Source of the DNA: a virus
Taxonomy: Duplodnaviria > Heunggongvirae > Uroviricota > Caudoviricetes
Strand: one strand, 5' to 3'
Length of the DNA stretch: 42,212 nucleotides
IMG/VR virus record: IMGVR_UViG_2695420595_000014
Coordinates: 1-42,212 of that record
Shown here in pieces: positions 8,470 to 16,984 of the stretch. The position numbers were made by a program, and so were the translations under genes. Below the pieces are notes generated by a model. It was not told where the DNA came from and made no database searches. It worked only from the letters and a program-made list of their open reading frames with translations. Position 1 is the first letter of the stretch; each line of letters begins with the position of its first letter.

Positions 8470-9114
8470 TTAGTAGGTTATTTTTGTTGCGAATACTTCG
8501 CCTTTTACGATGGCTGTTATGATATTTTTAGCAACATCTTCTGATGCACCAACCTTGATAAGGTCAGCAAGTATTTTGTTATTTACTTCTTTCCGGTGAG
8601 CTTTATCCTTTGCTCTACGCTCTTCTTCGTCCTTGATTCTTTTTTCTTCTGCTATTCTGGCTTGCTCTTTTGCTTCAGCCTCGCGACGGATTCGTTCAGC
8701 CTCCTCCTGTGCTTTTCTGCGTTCTGCTTCAATTGCTGCCTGCTTTTCTCTTTCAGCTCGTTCTGCTGCCTCTTTTGCTTCGCGCTGTGCTCGTTGCTCG
8801 GCTTCAATGCGTTCACGCTCTGCACGTTCCGCTGCGGCCTTAGCTTCTGCTTCTCGCCTTGCTGCTGCTTCAATTTCGGCTTTTGCCTTTGCTTCGGCTT
8901 CTGCTCTGGCTTTCTCTTCAGCTTCTCTTTTTAATCGTTCTTCATGCTCTCGCTTTTCCTGCTCCGCTTTGAGTCTTGCCTCTTCTCTTTGGCGGTCAAA
9001 TTCGCGATCCATCAAAATCGCTATTTCATGGTCAGACTCAATTTGCTTTGCGAGAGCTTCAGCTGCTGCCTTAGCTTCTTCTTCGGCTTTAATCCGCGCC
9101 TGATTCTTCCTCAT
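8470..9114 (-). CDS. Low-complexity E/A/K/R-rich coiled-coil protein with short globular C-terminus (214 aa)
   Basis: About 150 aa of KAEEEAKAAAE/RREAEAK-type repeats; produces spurious ORFs in other frames. Confidence 0.55.
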   Translation of the reverse strand: MRKNQARIKAEEEAKAAAEALAKQIESDHEIAILMDREFDRQREEARLKAEQEKREHEERLKREAEEKARAEAEAKAKAEIEAAARREAEAKAAAERAERERIEAEQRAQREAKEAAERAEREKQAAIEAERRKAQEEAERIRREAEAKEQARIAEEKRIKDEEERRAKDKAHRKEVNNKILADLIKVGASEDVAKNIITAIVKGEVFATKITY

Positions 9115-9439
9115 AATCAGTAAGAGGCTGGCGCGCCTTGGCTTTCAGTTCATCAAGGCGATCACGCACCGTCTTGCGGTTGGCATCAATTAGCTTTGGA
9201 ATTTCCTTCAGTTCAGCCACAAGGTCTTTGCCAAGACCATCGAGATATGTTTTCGTCTGCGCAACTTTATACGCCAGAGAAGCGATCTCCTTTCTGCCCT
9301 TTGCCGTTGTGATATCAGGCACAAAGGACATAACTTCACGTTCAACCTTTTGAAGGATTTCTTCAATCTGGTCGGCAGACTGAAATACAGTCATTGCATT
9401 TGCTTTTTCAATAACAACTAAATCTGTTACTTCACTCAT
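9089..9439 (-). CDS. Hypothetical phage early protein (116 aa from the SD-supported ATG)
   Basis: GGAGGA SD before the ATG at 9439; the longer ORF start at 9493 would overlap the upstream terminator. Confidence 0.5.
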   Translation of the reverse strand: MSEVTDLVVIEKANAMTVFQSADQIEEILQKVEREVMSFVPDITTAKGRKEIASLAYKVAQTKTYLDGLGKDLVAELKEIPKLIDANRKTVRDRLDELKAKARQPLTDYEEESGAD

Positions 9440-9451
9440 ATATCCTCCATC

Positions 9452-9480
9452 AAAAAAATTGCCCTCACACTGGAGGGCAA
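9452..9480 (-). terminator. Rho-independent terminator (tL-like) in the leftward operon
   Basis: Hairpin ttgccctc-acactg-gagggcaa followed on the minus strand by a T run. Confidence 0.6.
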
Positions 9481-9621
9481 AGAAGATTTCCAATAATCAG
9501 AACAAGTCGGCTCCTGTTTAGTTACGAGCGACATTGCTCCGTGTATTCACTCGTTGGAATGAATACACAGTGCAGTGTTTATTCTGTTGTTTATGCCAAA
9601 AATAAAGGTCGGCTATGCGGC

Positions 9622-10092
9622 CTAGTAGAATACCCAATTTTCTGTTTCTTGGTTGTGTCCAAAGTTATATTCAATATCTGGTGTTGATGTATCAATATTC
9701 TTCATCCCATCAACAAGAGTTGATACAACAGCCAAATCTTGTTTGATTCTCATTAAATGGTATTTCTTCCGGCGCAATAAACTCTCAATGGCAAGTTTCT
9801 TTGTTGGGAATGCAAAAGATCTTTCTGCATTTTTTGCTACTTTCTTAATTGCATATCTATTTCTCCTTTGTTTCCATTCCCGTAACCACTGATTTGGTGC
9901 TGGTTTAAAATCAATAATCCAATGCGCAGGAACCAACCATGCATAATGCTCTGTCTGATGAAAAGCTATATATTGAAGTGCGAATATTTTGATTCCATCT
10001 TCTTCAACTGTCGCCTGGAATCTCCAGAAAACAGGCATTCCATCATGTTCAGTTTCTGATTCAGGAAAAGGTACGCTCCATGATTTTGTCAT
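9622..10092 (-). CDS. Hypothetical protein (156 aa), first gene downstream of N
   Basis: ORF with GAGGTG SD; no recognisable motifs; no predicted TM segment. Confidence 0.55.
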   Translation of the reverse strand: MTKSWSVPFPESETEHDGMPVFWRFQATVEEDGIKIFALQYIAFHQTEHYAWLVPAHWIIDFKPAPNQWLREWKQRRNRYAIKKVAKNAERSFAFPTKKLAIESLLRRKKYHLMRIKQDLAVVSTLVDGMKNIDTSTPDIEYNFGHNQETENWVFY

Positions 10093-10100
10093 ATCTCACC

Positions 10101-10427
10101 TCAAATAAGTGGTTTGCTGCCTAATTTCATTTTCTGGCGACCAACACAAGTCACACCCATTTCACTGCGTGGCTTGCTGTACCATGTGCGCTGATTCTTG
10201 CGCTCAATACGTTGCAGGTTGCTTTCAATCTGTTCGTGGTATTCAGCCAGCACCGTAAGGTCTATCGGATTCAGTGCGCTTTCTACTCGTGATTTCGGTT
10301 TGCGATTCAGCGAGAGAATAGGGCGGTTAACTGGTTTTGCGCTTACCCCAACCAACAGGGGATTTGCTGCTTTCCATTGAGCCTGTTTCTCTGCGCGACG
10401 TTCGCGGCGGCGTGTTTGTGCATCCAT
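10101..10427 (-). CDS. N: Antitermination protein N (108 aa)
   Basis: MDAQTRRRERRAEKQAQWKAANPLLVG... arginine-rich motif and overall near-identity to lambda N; the true start is the internal Met of ORF 10101..10478. Confidence 0.9.
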   Translation of the reverse strand: MDAQTRRRERRAEKQAQWKAANPLLVGVSAKPVNRPILSLNRKPKSRVESALNPIDLTVLAEYHEQIESNLQRIERKNQRTWYSKPRSEMGVTCVGRQKMKLGSKPLI

Positions 10428-10599
10428 CTTGATTCTCCTGTCAGTTAGCTTTGGTGGTGTGGTAGGTGGGAGACCCATTTCGACCTGCTTCGGCCGACTT
10501 CAATTCGGCAATAGTTCCGCAGGCCTCGCCGCTTTACGTGCGACATATTCCCATCCATGAACCCTTCACCACACCCCAAAGCCTTCTGCTTTGAATGCT

Positions 10600-10614
10600 G
10601 CCCTTCTTCAGGGC
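10600..10614 (-). promoter_or_regulatory. nutL boxB hairpin
   Basis: Minus strand reads gccctgaagaagggc, the lambda nutL boxB sequence, upstream of N. Confidence 0.75.
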
Positions 10615-10670
10615 TTAATTTTTAAGAGCCTCACCTTCATGGTGGTTAGTGCGTCCTGCTGATGGCTAAA

Positions 10671-10685
10671 TAGTACGATTTGTAC
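10671..10685. promoter_or_regulatory. Putative OL operator palindrome
   Basis: agtac-gattt-gtact palindrome between cI and N; a related half-site pattern is found in the cI-cro intergenic region. Confidence 0.3.
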
Positions 10686-10761
10686 TTTATCGAGTCAATA
10701 CAAAATGTTCTAAATATGATTAGTTTTTTATAACGCTTTGTATTTAATGGGTTTATGTTTT

Positions 10762-10791
10762 GGAAAAAGAAAACCCGACGCTAAGGTCGGG
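10762..10791 (-). terminator. Rho-independent terminator downstream of cI
   Basis: cccgac-gctaag-gtcggg hairpin followed on the minus strand by a T-rich run. Confidence 0.7.
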
Positions 10792-10823
10792 TTATTGTTG
10801 TGTGTTTTAGAGTTGTGAGGCTG

Positions 10824-11483
10824 TTAACTAAATGTCTCTTCAGGCCACTGGCTGGCGATAACTTTCCCTACTACGGAACAGCTATCATTGCATGGAATCA
10901 TTGGATATTGCGGGTTTAGTGGCTGTAGGAACACCTGACCGCTATCCCTGATCAGTTTCTTGAAGGTAAACTCGTCACCACCAAGTCTGGCTATGCAGAA
11001 ATCACCTGGCTCAACAGCCTGCTCAGGGTCAACGAGAATTAACATCCCGTCAGGAAAGCTTGGCTTGGATCCTGTTGGCGCGGTCATGGAATTACCTTCA
11101 ACTTCAAGCCAGAACGCACAATCACTGGCTTTTTTGGTTGTGCTGACCCATCTCTCCGCATCACCTTTGGTAAAGATTCTAAGCTCAGGCGAGAACATCC
11201 CGGCCTGAACATGAGAAAAAACAGGGTACTCATATTGTTTTTTAACGGGGGCAGATGAGTATTCGCCAACAGGTGAAAATGTACCGTCGTGGTTGAATGA
11301 GACGTTATCAATACCAAGGTATTTAAACACCACACCAATCTCGTCAAGAGATGGATGACGAGATCCGCGCAACCAGTGACCAATTCCACCCTGCGTCATA
11401 CCAAGCTCTTCAGCTAACTTCTCTTGAGTTATGCCGAGCTCTTTCATTCTGGATCTAGCCAGTTCATACCATTTCATTTTCAT
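10824..11483 (-). CDS. cI: CI repressor, LexA-like S24 peptidase C-domain with distinct N-terminal HTH (219 aa)
   Basis: C-terminal half near-identical to lambda cI (...[20 protein letters not shown]...[11 protein letters not shown]); N-terminal DNA-binding domain is different; start chosen at MKMKWYEL with AAGGG SD. Confidence 0.85.
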   Translation of the reverse strand: MKMKWYELARSRMKELGITQEKLAEELGMTQGGIGHWLRGSRHPSLDEIGVVFKYLGIDNVSFNHDGTFSPVGEYSSAPVKKQYEYPVFSHVQAGMFSPELRIFTKGDAERWVSTTKKASDCAFWLEVEGNSMTAPTGSKPSFPDGMLILVDPEQAVEPGDFCIARLGGDEFTFKKLIRDSGQVFLQPLNPQYPMIPCNDSCSVVGKVIASQWPEETFS

Positions 11484-11594
11484 ACCCTTATTATTACGCT
11501 CTGTACTAAAACCATCCATGCACAAGATGTATTTTTTGTTTGCATTCTAAAAGTACATATCGTATTATTGTTTCATGGTTACTATGGAGGGCAT
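11484..11594. promoter_or_regulatory. cI-cro divergent control region (OR/PR/PRM)
   Basis: 111-bp AT-rich interval between divergent repressor genes containing GTAC-N5-GTA motifs; individual operators not resolved. Confidence 0.6.
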
Positions 11595-11810
11595 ATGAGC
11601 AACCTACGAAAATATCGAGAGTCACTGAATATCTCTCAAACAACACTTGCTAAGGCAGTTGGATGCACACAGGGAGCTATCGGACATTGGGAATCTGGTC
11701 GTCGCTTCCCAGACCTTAAAACATGCCGTGCTCTTGTTGAGTGCCTAAACAAGTTAGGCGCAAAAGTCAGTCTTGATGACGTGTTCCCGCCGGAACACAA
11801 AGCCGCTTAA
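11595..11810 (+). CDS. cro: Cro-like HTH repressor (71 aa)
   Basis: GGAGG SD; HTH SQTTLAKAVGCTQGAIGHWESG; first gene rightward of cI. Confidence 0.7.
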   Translation: MSNLRKYRESLNISQTTLAKAVGCTQGAIGHWESGRRFPDLKTCRALVECLNKLGAKVSLDDVFPPEHKAA

Positions 11811-11835
11811 GACATTCTAGCTCTTACACATCCCC

Positions 11836-11850
11836 GCCCTGAAAAAGGGC
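11836..11850 (+). promoter_or_regulatory. nutR boxB hairpin
   Basis: gccctgaaaaagggc, identical to lambda nutR boxB, directly after cro. Confidence 0.8.
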
Positions 11851-11926
11851 ATTACCAGAAACAAATCTCTATGGTTTTGCGTTTCTTTGCGAAGCCAACT
11901 CTATCTAATCATTAAGGAAATTATCT

Positions 11927-12208
11927 ATGGTTACTATTGCAACTAAAAGCAAGAAAGCGGCTCGCATCGAGTCGGCCTTGCTGAACAAACTGGCACTGAT
12001 GGGGCAGAAGACATTCGCTCGAGCAATGGGGGTTCCTGAATATCAGGTAAGCCGATGGAAGAATGGTTTCTTCTCGCAGGTAAGCATGATGCTTGCTGTT
12101 CTGGAATACGGAATCGAAGACGATGAAATGGCTGAATTGACTAAGCGGCTTGCCGATTACCTGACAAAAGAAAAAGCCCCGAAGAACGGCGAATTCTTCG
12201 AGGCCTGA
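11927..12208 (+). CDS. cII: CII transcriptional activator (93 aa)
   Basis: RIESALLNK...SRWK...SMMLAVLEYGIEDDEMA closely matches lambda CII. Confidence 0.8.
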   Translation: MVTIATKSKKAARIESALLNKLALMGQKTFARAMGVPEYQVSRWKNGFFSQVSMMLAVLEYGIEDDEMAELTKRLADYLTKEKAPKNGEFFEA

Positions 12209-12242
12209 TGTAGAAAGACTGGATCAATCCACAGGAGTAATT

Positions 12243-12404
12243 ATGACAAAACGTCGTAAGAAATACCAGGAAAAAGAAGAGATTCGACACCCTGATTCAC
12301 CTGAGGGATTAGTGGTAGCCGCAGCAAATAACAGGGCGTTCGCAGAGCGCCTTGTTGGTGTTTACAGACTAGCCAAAGCAGGAGTGAAACATGGGCGTCG
12401 TTAA
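12243..12404 (+). CDS. Small basic hypothetical protein (53 aa), not in the ORF track
   Basis: ATG ORF between cII and the O-like gene, overlapping the O start in another frame. Confidence 0.25.
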   Translation: MTKRRKKYQEKEEIRHPDSPEGLVVAAANNRAFAERLVGVYRLAKAGVKHGRR

Positions 12405-13281
12405 GTTAGCTGATTACAGGCATAACCCTGTACAACATCAGGAGGCATCCAGTATGGGGTATGTCTCTATACACCGCCAGTTTATGGACAGCAGGCTCTA
12501 TAAGGACTCTCAGGCAGTACATCTTTGGCTTCACTTAATCCTCAAGGCTAATCACGAATCTACTGTCGTCAATACGGATATCGGTCCGATAACTGTTGAT
12601 CGCGGTCAGATGATAACTGGACGCCCGTCGCTGGTCAGAGAAACATTCATCCCCGACAACAAAGTTCGGAGCTTATTACGGACTTTTGAGTCGAAAGGGA
12701 TGCTTAATATTTCCTCGATGGGGAAGAAATTTAGCCTGTTTACAATCGTTAAATATGACGATTTTCAGGCAAAAAATTGTCCAACGGTTGTCCAACGGTT
12801 GTCCAACGCAAACACCAGTAATGGCGCGGCTCTCAGCGGAGATTGTCCAACGGTTGTCCAACGGTTGTCCATAAACAATAATATAAATAATATCTCTAAT
12901 ACTGACGTATTAGAGAGTGCCACAGCAGACAAAAAGTCTGACAAGAAAAAACCTTCCGTTAGCTGTCAGGATGTTGTCGATGCTTACCACGAAATCCTTC
13001 CTGAAGCGCCAAGAATCCGCGCACTGAATGACAAGCGTAAAAACCAGATCCGAACGTTCTGGCGCAAAGCCGGAGTGATAACCCGCCAGCTTGACGGGCA
13101 TGGGTTCACGATGCAGGACTGGAGAAATTATTTGAGCTACGTAGGAGAAAATTGCCGATGGATGTTCGAAGAGCGCCCAAACCATCAACGCGGAACTGTC
13201 TGGCACAAAAAGGGATTTGATTTCCTGCTTAACGATAATACCTACCTGAAAGTTCGTGAGGGTGAACACGATGACCGATAA
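12391..13281 (+). CDS. Replication initiator (lambda O-like) with internal origin iterons (296 aa)
   Basis: AGGAG SD; lies immediately before the helicase; contains a TTGTCCAACGG repeat array that translates to CPTVVQRLS repeats. Confidence 0.65.
   Translation: MGVVKLADYRHNPVQHQEASSMGYVSIHRQFMDSRLYKDSQAVHLWLHLILKANHESTVVNTDIGPITVDRGQMITGRPSLVRETFIPDNKVRSLLRTFESKGMLNISSMGKKFSLFTIVKYDDFQAKNCPTVVQRLSNANTSNGAALSGDCPTVVQRLSINNNINNISNTDVLESATADKKSDKKKPSVSCQDVVDAYHEILPEAPRIRALNDKRKNQIRTFWRKAGVITRQLDGHGFTMQDWRNYLSYVGENCRWMFEERPNHQRGTVWHKKGFDFLLNDNTYLKVREGEHDDR
12777..12871. repeat. Origin iterons: six copies of TTGTCCAACGG in two clusters
   Basis: Three tandem copies at 12777..12809 and three (last truncated) at 12843..12871. 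Confidence 0.75.
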
Positions 13282-14707
13282 TTTTTATGCGCCGCCCCAT
13301 AGCATCGAGGCAGAGCAGGCGGTGATTGGTGGATTGCTTCTGGATGATGACAGCAGTGAGCGCGTCCAGAAAGTTCTGGCGATGCTGAAGCCTGATTCAT
13401 TTTACAGCCGACCACACAAAATCCTTTTCGAAGAAATAACCAGAATGCACCGGGAGCAAAAGCCAGTAGATGGCCTGACGCTTTTCGATGAACTGGATCG
13501 CAAATCGTTAACGGTGTCTGTTGGCGGTTTTGCTTATATCGCTGAGATCGCAAAGAACACGCCAAGCGCCGCAAACATCGTTGCCTATGCAATGCAGGTT
13601 CGCGAAACCGCAATGGAACGCTACGCCATCAACCGCATGACTGAAGCGACGGAATTGCTCTATTCCCGCAACGGAATGACTGCAACGCAGAAGTACGAAG
13701 CTATTCAGGCGATTTTCACGCAACTGACAGACCATGCAAAAACCGGATCGCGTCGCGGCCTTCGCTCATTTGGTGAGGTAATGGAAGACTGGGTTAGCGA
13801 CCTTGAGAAGCGATTTGACCCGTCAGGCGAACAACGAGGAATGAGCACAGGGATCCCATCGCTGGACAGGATGCTGTCACCGAAAGGTCTGGTGAAAGGC
13901 TCTCTGTTTGTCATTGGCGCTCGCCCTAAGATGGGGAAAACGACGCTATACAGCCAGATGGCAATCAACTGCGCAGTGCATGAGAAAAAGCCCGCTCTGA
14001 TGTTCAGCCTTGAAATGCCCGGTGACCAGATACTGGAAAAACTGGTAGGACAGAAGTCAGGTGTTAACCCGAATATTTTTTACCTTCCGGCGACAAATGA
14101 CGCTGATGACGGCTATCAGGGTGATTACGATGGTGACTTCAACAGGGCGATCGAAACAGCCAATCGCTTGAGTGAAATCGACATGCTTTACATCGACGAC
14201 ACGCCGGGATTATCTCTGGCTCAAATCGTCAGCGAAAGCCGTCGAATCAAGCGAGAAAAAGGATGTGTTGGCATGATTCTGGTCGATTACCTGACACTAA
14301 TGACCGCTGAGAAGGCCGATCGCAACGACCTTGCTTACGGCATGATCACCAAAGGACTGAAGAACCTTGCCAAAGAGCTTGATTGCGTTGTTGTGCTTCT
14401 GACGCAGCTTAACCGCGCACTGGAAAGCCGAACCAATAAACGCCCACTACCAAGTGACTCACGAGATACAGGGCAGATTGAACAGGATTGCGATTATTGG
14501 GTGGGGATCCATCGTGAAGGTGCTTTTGATGACAGTGTTCCACCTGGTGAAACCGAACTAATCCTTCGTCTCAATCGTCATGGCAATACCGGCACGGTGT
14601 ATTGCATTCAGGCAAATGGCGCTATTTATGACACAGACCAACAGTCTGCTGAAATGCGCCGCCGTGAACGCGAGGAACCGCAGTCCAAGAAGAAAGGAGG
14701 ATTCTGA
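13271..14707 (+). CDS. Replicative DNA helicase, DnaB family (478 aa)
   Basis: DnaB-type N-terminal domain and RecA-like core with Walker A (GARPKMGKT); ATG at 13271 preferred over the GTG at 13256. Confidence 0.85.
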   Translation: MTDNFYAPPHSIEAEQAVIGGLLLDDDSSERVQKVLAMLKPDSFYSRPHKILFEEITRMHREQKPVDGLTLFDELDRKSLTVSVGGFAYIAEIAKNTPSAANIVAYAMQVRETAMERYAINRMTEATELLYSRNGMTATQKYEAIQAIFTQLTDHAKTGSRRGLRSFGEVMEDWVSDLEKRFDPSGEQRGMSTGIPSLDRMLSPKGLVKGSLFVIGARPKMGKTTLYSQMAINCAVHEKKPALMFSLEMPGDQILEKLVGQKSGVNPNIFYLPATNDADDGYQGDYDGDFNRAIETANRLSEIDMLYIDDTPGLSLAQIVSESRRIKREKGCVGMILVDYLTLMTAEKADRNDLAYGMITKGLKNLAKELDCVVVLLTQLNRALESRTNKRPLPSDSRDTGQIEQDCDYWVGIHREGAFDDSVPPGETELILRLNRHGNTGTVYCIQANGAIYDTDQQSAEMRRREREEPQSKKKGGF

Positions 14708-14790
14708 TGACCATCTACATCACTGAGCTAATAACAGGCCTGCTGGTAATCGCAGGCCTTTTTATTTGGGGGAGAGTAAATCGTGGCTGA
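14707..14790 (+). CDS. 27-aa hydrophobic peptide, translationally coupled to the helicase (speculative)
   Basis: ATG overlaps the helicase stop (ATGA); MTIYITELITGLLVIAGLFIWGRVNRG. Confidence 0.25.
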   Translation: MTIYITELITGLLVIAGLFIWGRVNRG

Positions 14791-14989
14791 GTTTATGCTC
14801 GTCGCATTCAAATGCGTTGGCGTTGGATGGATTCTTCTGACGTTTTTTATTGTTCTGCGTAGCTACATTCGTCTTGTGAATGACGGCAAAGACCCATGGT
14901 ATACGTTGTTTGGCGCTGCATTTGTCTGGGTGATTATCGGTGTTATGCCTGTTGTCGTAGCAAAAATGGCGTGGCGTTTTGTGAGTTGA
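14783..14989 (+). CDS. Small two-helix membrane protein (68 aa)
   Basis: GTG start with GGGGGAGAG SD; two hydrophobic segments separated by a NDGKDP turn. Confidence 0.5.
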   Translation: MAEFMLVAFKCVGVGWILLTFFIVLRSYIRLVNDGKDPWYTLFGAAFVWVIIGVMPVVVAKMAWRFVS

Positions 14990-15006
14990 ACTGAGGGTAA
15001 GTATCG

Positions 15007-15270
15007 ATGGACGAATCAAGAAAGCAGTTTGAAGAATGGTTTGAAAATTACACCGGATGTGATCCTAAAAATAAAATATACGCCAATATGGTTGAGATGT
15101 ATTGGCAAGCGTGGCAGGCATCGCGAGCAGCTATCGAGATTGAGCTGCAAAAGCCAAAGAAAGGCCCACTTCCCGGTGATTATCACATTGGCTATGACTC
15201 AGGTGCAGAATCGCAATACGAAAGCGATGTAGAGGCTATCCGCGCCGCTGGAATCAAAGTGAAGGAGTGA
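15007..15270 (+). CDS. Soluble paralog A of a duplicated small-protein family (87 aa)
   Basis: MDESRKQFEEWF...WQAWQASRAAIE...IRAAGIKVKE; 36-nt and 23-nt nucleotide-identical patches shared with the gene at 15728. Confidence 0.6.
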   Translation: MDESRKQFEEWFENYTGCDPKNKIYANMVEMYWQAWQASRAAIEIELQKPKKGPLPGDYHIGYDSGAESQYESDVEAIRAAGIKVKE

Positions 15271-15458
15271 GCATGAGTCGACGAAGTAGCTTTTTGGGGT
15301 TTGTAATATTCCTGTTCTGCACTGGTTACATCGTAATCTGGTCAATTTCGAACATTGACCGTGGCGGGGAATATCTCATTGTAATGTTCTTTCCTTTGTT
15401 TCTTGGGTGGTACGCCGCAAGGTTGCTGGAAGAATGGGGTTACAGGCATAAAAAATAA
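15267..15458 (+). CDS. Small two-helix membrane protein (63 aa)
   Basis: ATGA overlap with the upstream gene; two hydrophobic segments. Confidence 0.5.
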   Translation: MSMSRRSSFLGFVIFLFCTGYIVIWSISNIDRGGEYLIVMFFPLFLGWYAARLLEEWGYRHKK

Positions 15459-15517
15459 AGGAGTGTTCAGTGAAGCAAACCCTTTTTTATTGGATTAAGA
15501 GCGAGTGGTAAGTACCG

Positions 15518-15700
15518 ATGGTAAATGCATTTATTTGTAGTTTATTTCTTGTCGCGATTTTTCATGGATTCCTTCTGATGATGAGTTTTGTTCTCTGGAA
15601 TAATGGATATCGCATATTGGGAGTAGGTTTTGTTTTACGGTTTTCAGTTGTCTGCGCGTTGCTACCGATAATTATGGCGACTATCAAATATTATTGGTAA
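15518..15700 (+). CDS. Small two-helix membrane protein (60 aa)
   Basis: Preceded by the same gtaagtaYcgatgg initiation context as the gene at 15007; two hydrophobic segments. Confidence 0.45.
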   Translation: MVNAFICSLFLVAIFHGFLLMMSFVLWNNGYRILGVGFVLRFSVVCALLPIIMATIKYYW

Positions 15701-15727
15701 CCCAAAAAATCATCGATGGAGAGTGAT

Positions 15728-16057
15728 ATGGACGAATCAAGAAAGCAGTTTGAAGAATGGTTTAAAAACAAATATCACGTTTCAAGTGACGTGATGAAGA
15801 TTATGCACATCAAGGTCGAGATTGCATGGGAGGCATGGCAGGCATCGCGAGCAGCTATTGAACTGGATATCGACTGGCCCGAATCGAATGACGACTTTTG
15901 GAAAGATGGTGAAGAAGGTGCTTATGCGATGGGTTATGAGGATGGGAGAGACAAAACGGTAATTGCAGTAATGAAAGCTATCAGATCCGCTGGAATTAAA
16001 GAGAAGAATTTCGATGAAGCAAATATACATGCTTCGCAACGAAGCAATCAGAAATAA
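15728..16057 (+). CDS. Soluble paralog B of the duplicated small-protein family (about 110 aa)
   Basis: Same N-terminal, central and C-terminal motifs as 15007..15270; GGAGAG SD before MDESRK (the ORF track starts at 15716). Confidence 0.6.
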   Translation: MDESRKQFEEWFKNKYHVSSDVMKIMHIKVEIAWEAWQASRAAIELDIDWPESNDDFWKDGEEGAYAMGYEDGRDKTVIAVMKAIRSAGIKEKNFDEANIHASQRSNQK

Positions 16058-16460
16058 CGCCATAGACGCAATACTCTCACTTCCCATCGACGACAAGTCA
16101 CCCCACGAAGTCCACCTTAAAGAACCCAAACGCAGCAAAGCGCAGAATGACCGTATGTGGCCGATGCTGAACGATGTTTCGCGTCAGGTGCTATGGCATG
16201 GTCAACGGCTGGCACCGGAAGACTGGAAAGACCTGTTCACTGCCCTGTGGCTTAAGACCAAAAAACTGGAGCAACGAAGTGTTCCTGGTATCGACGGTGG
16301 CGTTGTCATGCTTGGCGTGCGTACCAGCAAAATGCGAAAGGCCAGCATGACTGAGCTTATCGAAATCATGTTTTGGTTCGGCTCAGAGCGCAACGTGCGG
16401 TGGAGTGATGACTCCCGGCGAGAGTATGAATGGTCACAACGAAAAGGGAAGGCTGCATGA
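16014..16460 (+). CDS. ninB: NinB (Orf-family recombination protein, 148 aa)
   Basis: ...NDRMWPMLNDVSRQVLWHG...GVRTSKM...ERNVRWSDD aligns with lambda NinB from memory. Confidence 0.75.
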   Translation: MKQIYMLRNEAIRNNAIDAILSLPIDDKSPHEVHLKEPKRSKAQNDRMWPMLNDVSRQVLWHGQRLAPEDWKDLFTALWLKTKKLEQRSVPGIDGGVVMLGVRTSKMRKASMTELIEIMFWFGSERNVRWSDDSRREYEWSQRKGKAA

Positions 16461-16984
16461 CTATCAAATCAAATACGCCGGCACACGACAAGGACTGCTG
16501 GCAAACGCCGCTTTGGCTTTTTGATGCACTGGATATTGAGTTTGGATTCTGGCTGGATTCGGCAGCGAGCGACAAAAATGCTCTGTGTGCTCACTGGCTA
16601 ACTGAGGCCGACGACGCGCTCAATTCTGAGTGGGTAAGCCACGGTGCAATCTGGAATAACCCACCGTACAGCAATATCAGACCGTGGGTGGAAAAAGCCG
16701 CTGAGCAGTGCATACAACAGCGACATACGGTAGTTATGCTTGTGCCAGAGGATATGTCAGTCGGATGGTTCAGCAAGGCTCTGGAGAGTGTCGACGAAGT
16801 TCGCATTATCACTGATGGACGGATTAATTTTATCGAACCATCGACAGGGTTGGAGAAGAAGGGAAACAGCAAAGGCTCCATGCTGCTGATTTGGCGACCG
16901 TTCATCAGTCCTCGACGGATGTTTACTACCGTATCCAAAGCGGCATTGATGGCGATCGGGCATGGCGTCAGGAGGGCGGCATGA
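16457..16984 (+). CDS. Phage N6-adenine DNA methyltransferase (Dam-like, about 175 aa)
   Basis: NPPY catalytic motif (IWNNPPYSNI); ATGA overlap with ninB. Confidence 0.8.
   Translation: MTIKSNTPAHDKDCWQTPLWLFDALDIEFGFWLDSAASDKNALCAHWLTEADDALNSEWVSHGAIWNNPPYSNIRPWVEKAAEQCIQQRHTVVMLVPEDMSVGWFSKALESVDEVRIITDGRINFIEPSTGLEKKGNSKGSMLLIWRPFISPRRMFTTVSKAALMAIGHGVRRAA

Noticed and set aside
8596-9103. Plus-strand ORFs of 112 and 156 aa, and minus-strand ORF 8652..8873
   Set aside because: Alternative-frame artefacts of the low-complexity repeat region of the 214-aa coiled-coil gene; Cys/Phe/Ser-rich or Ser/Ala-rich nonsense composition.
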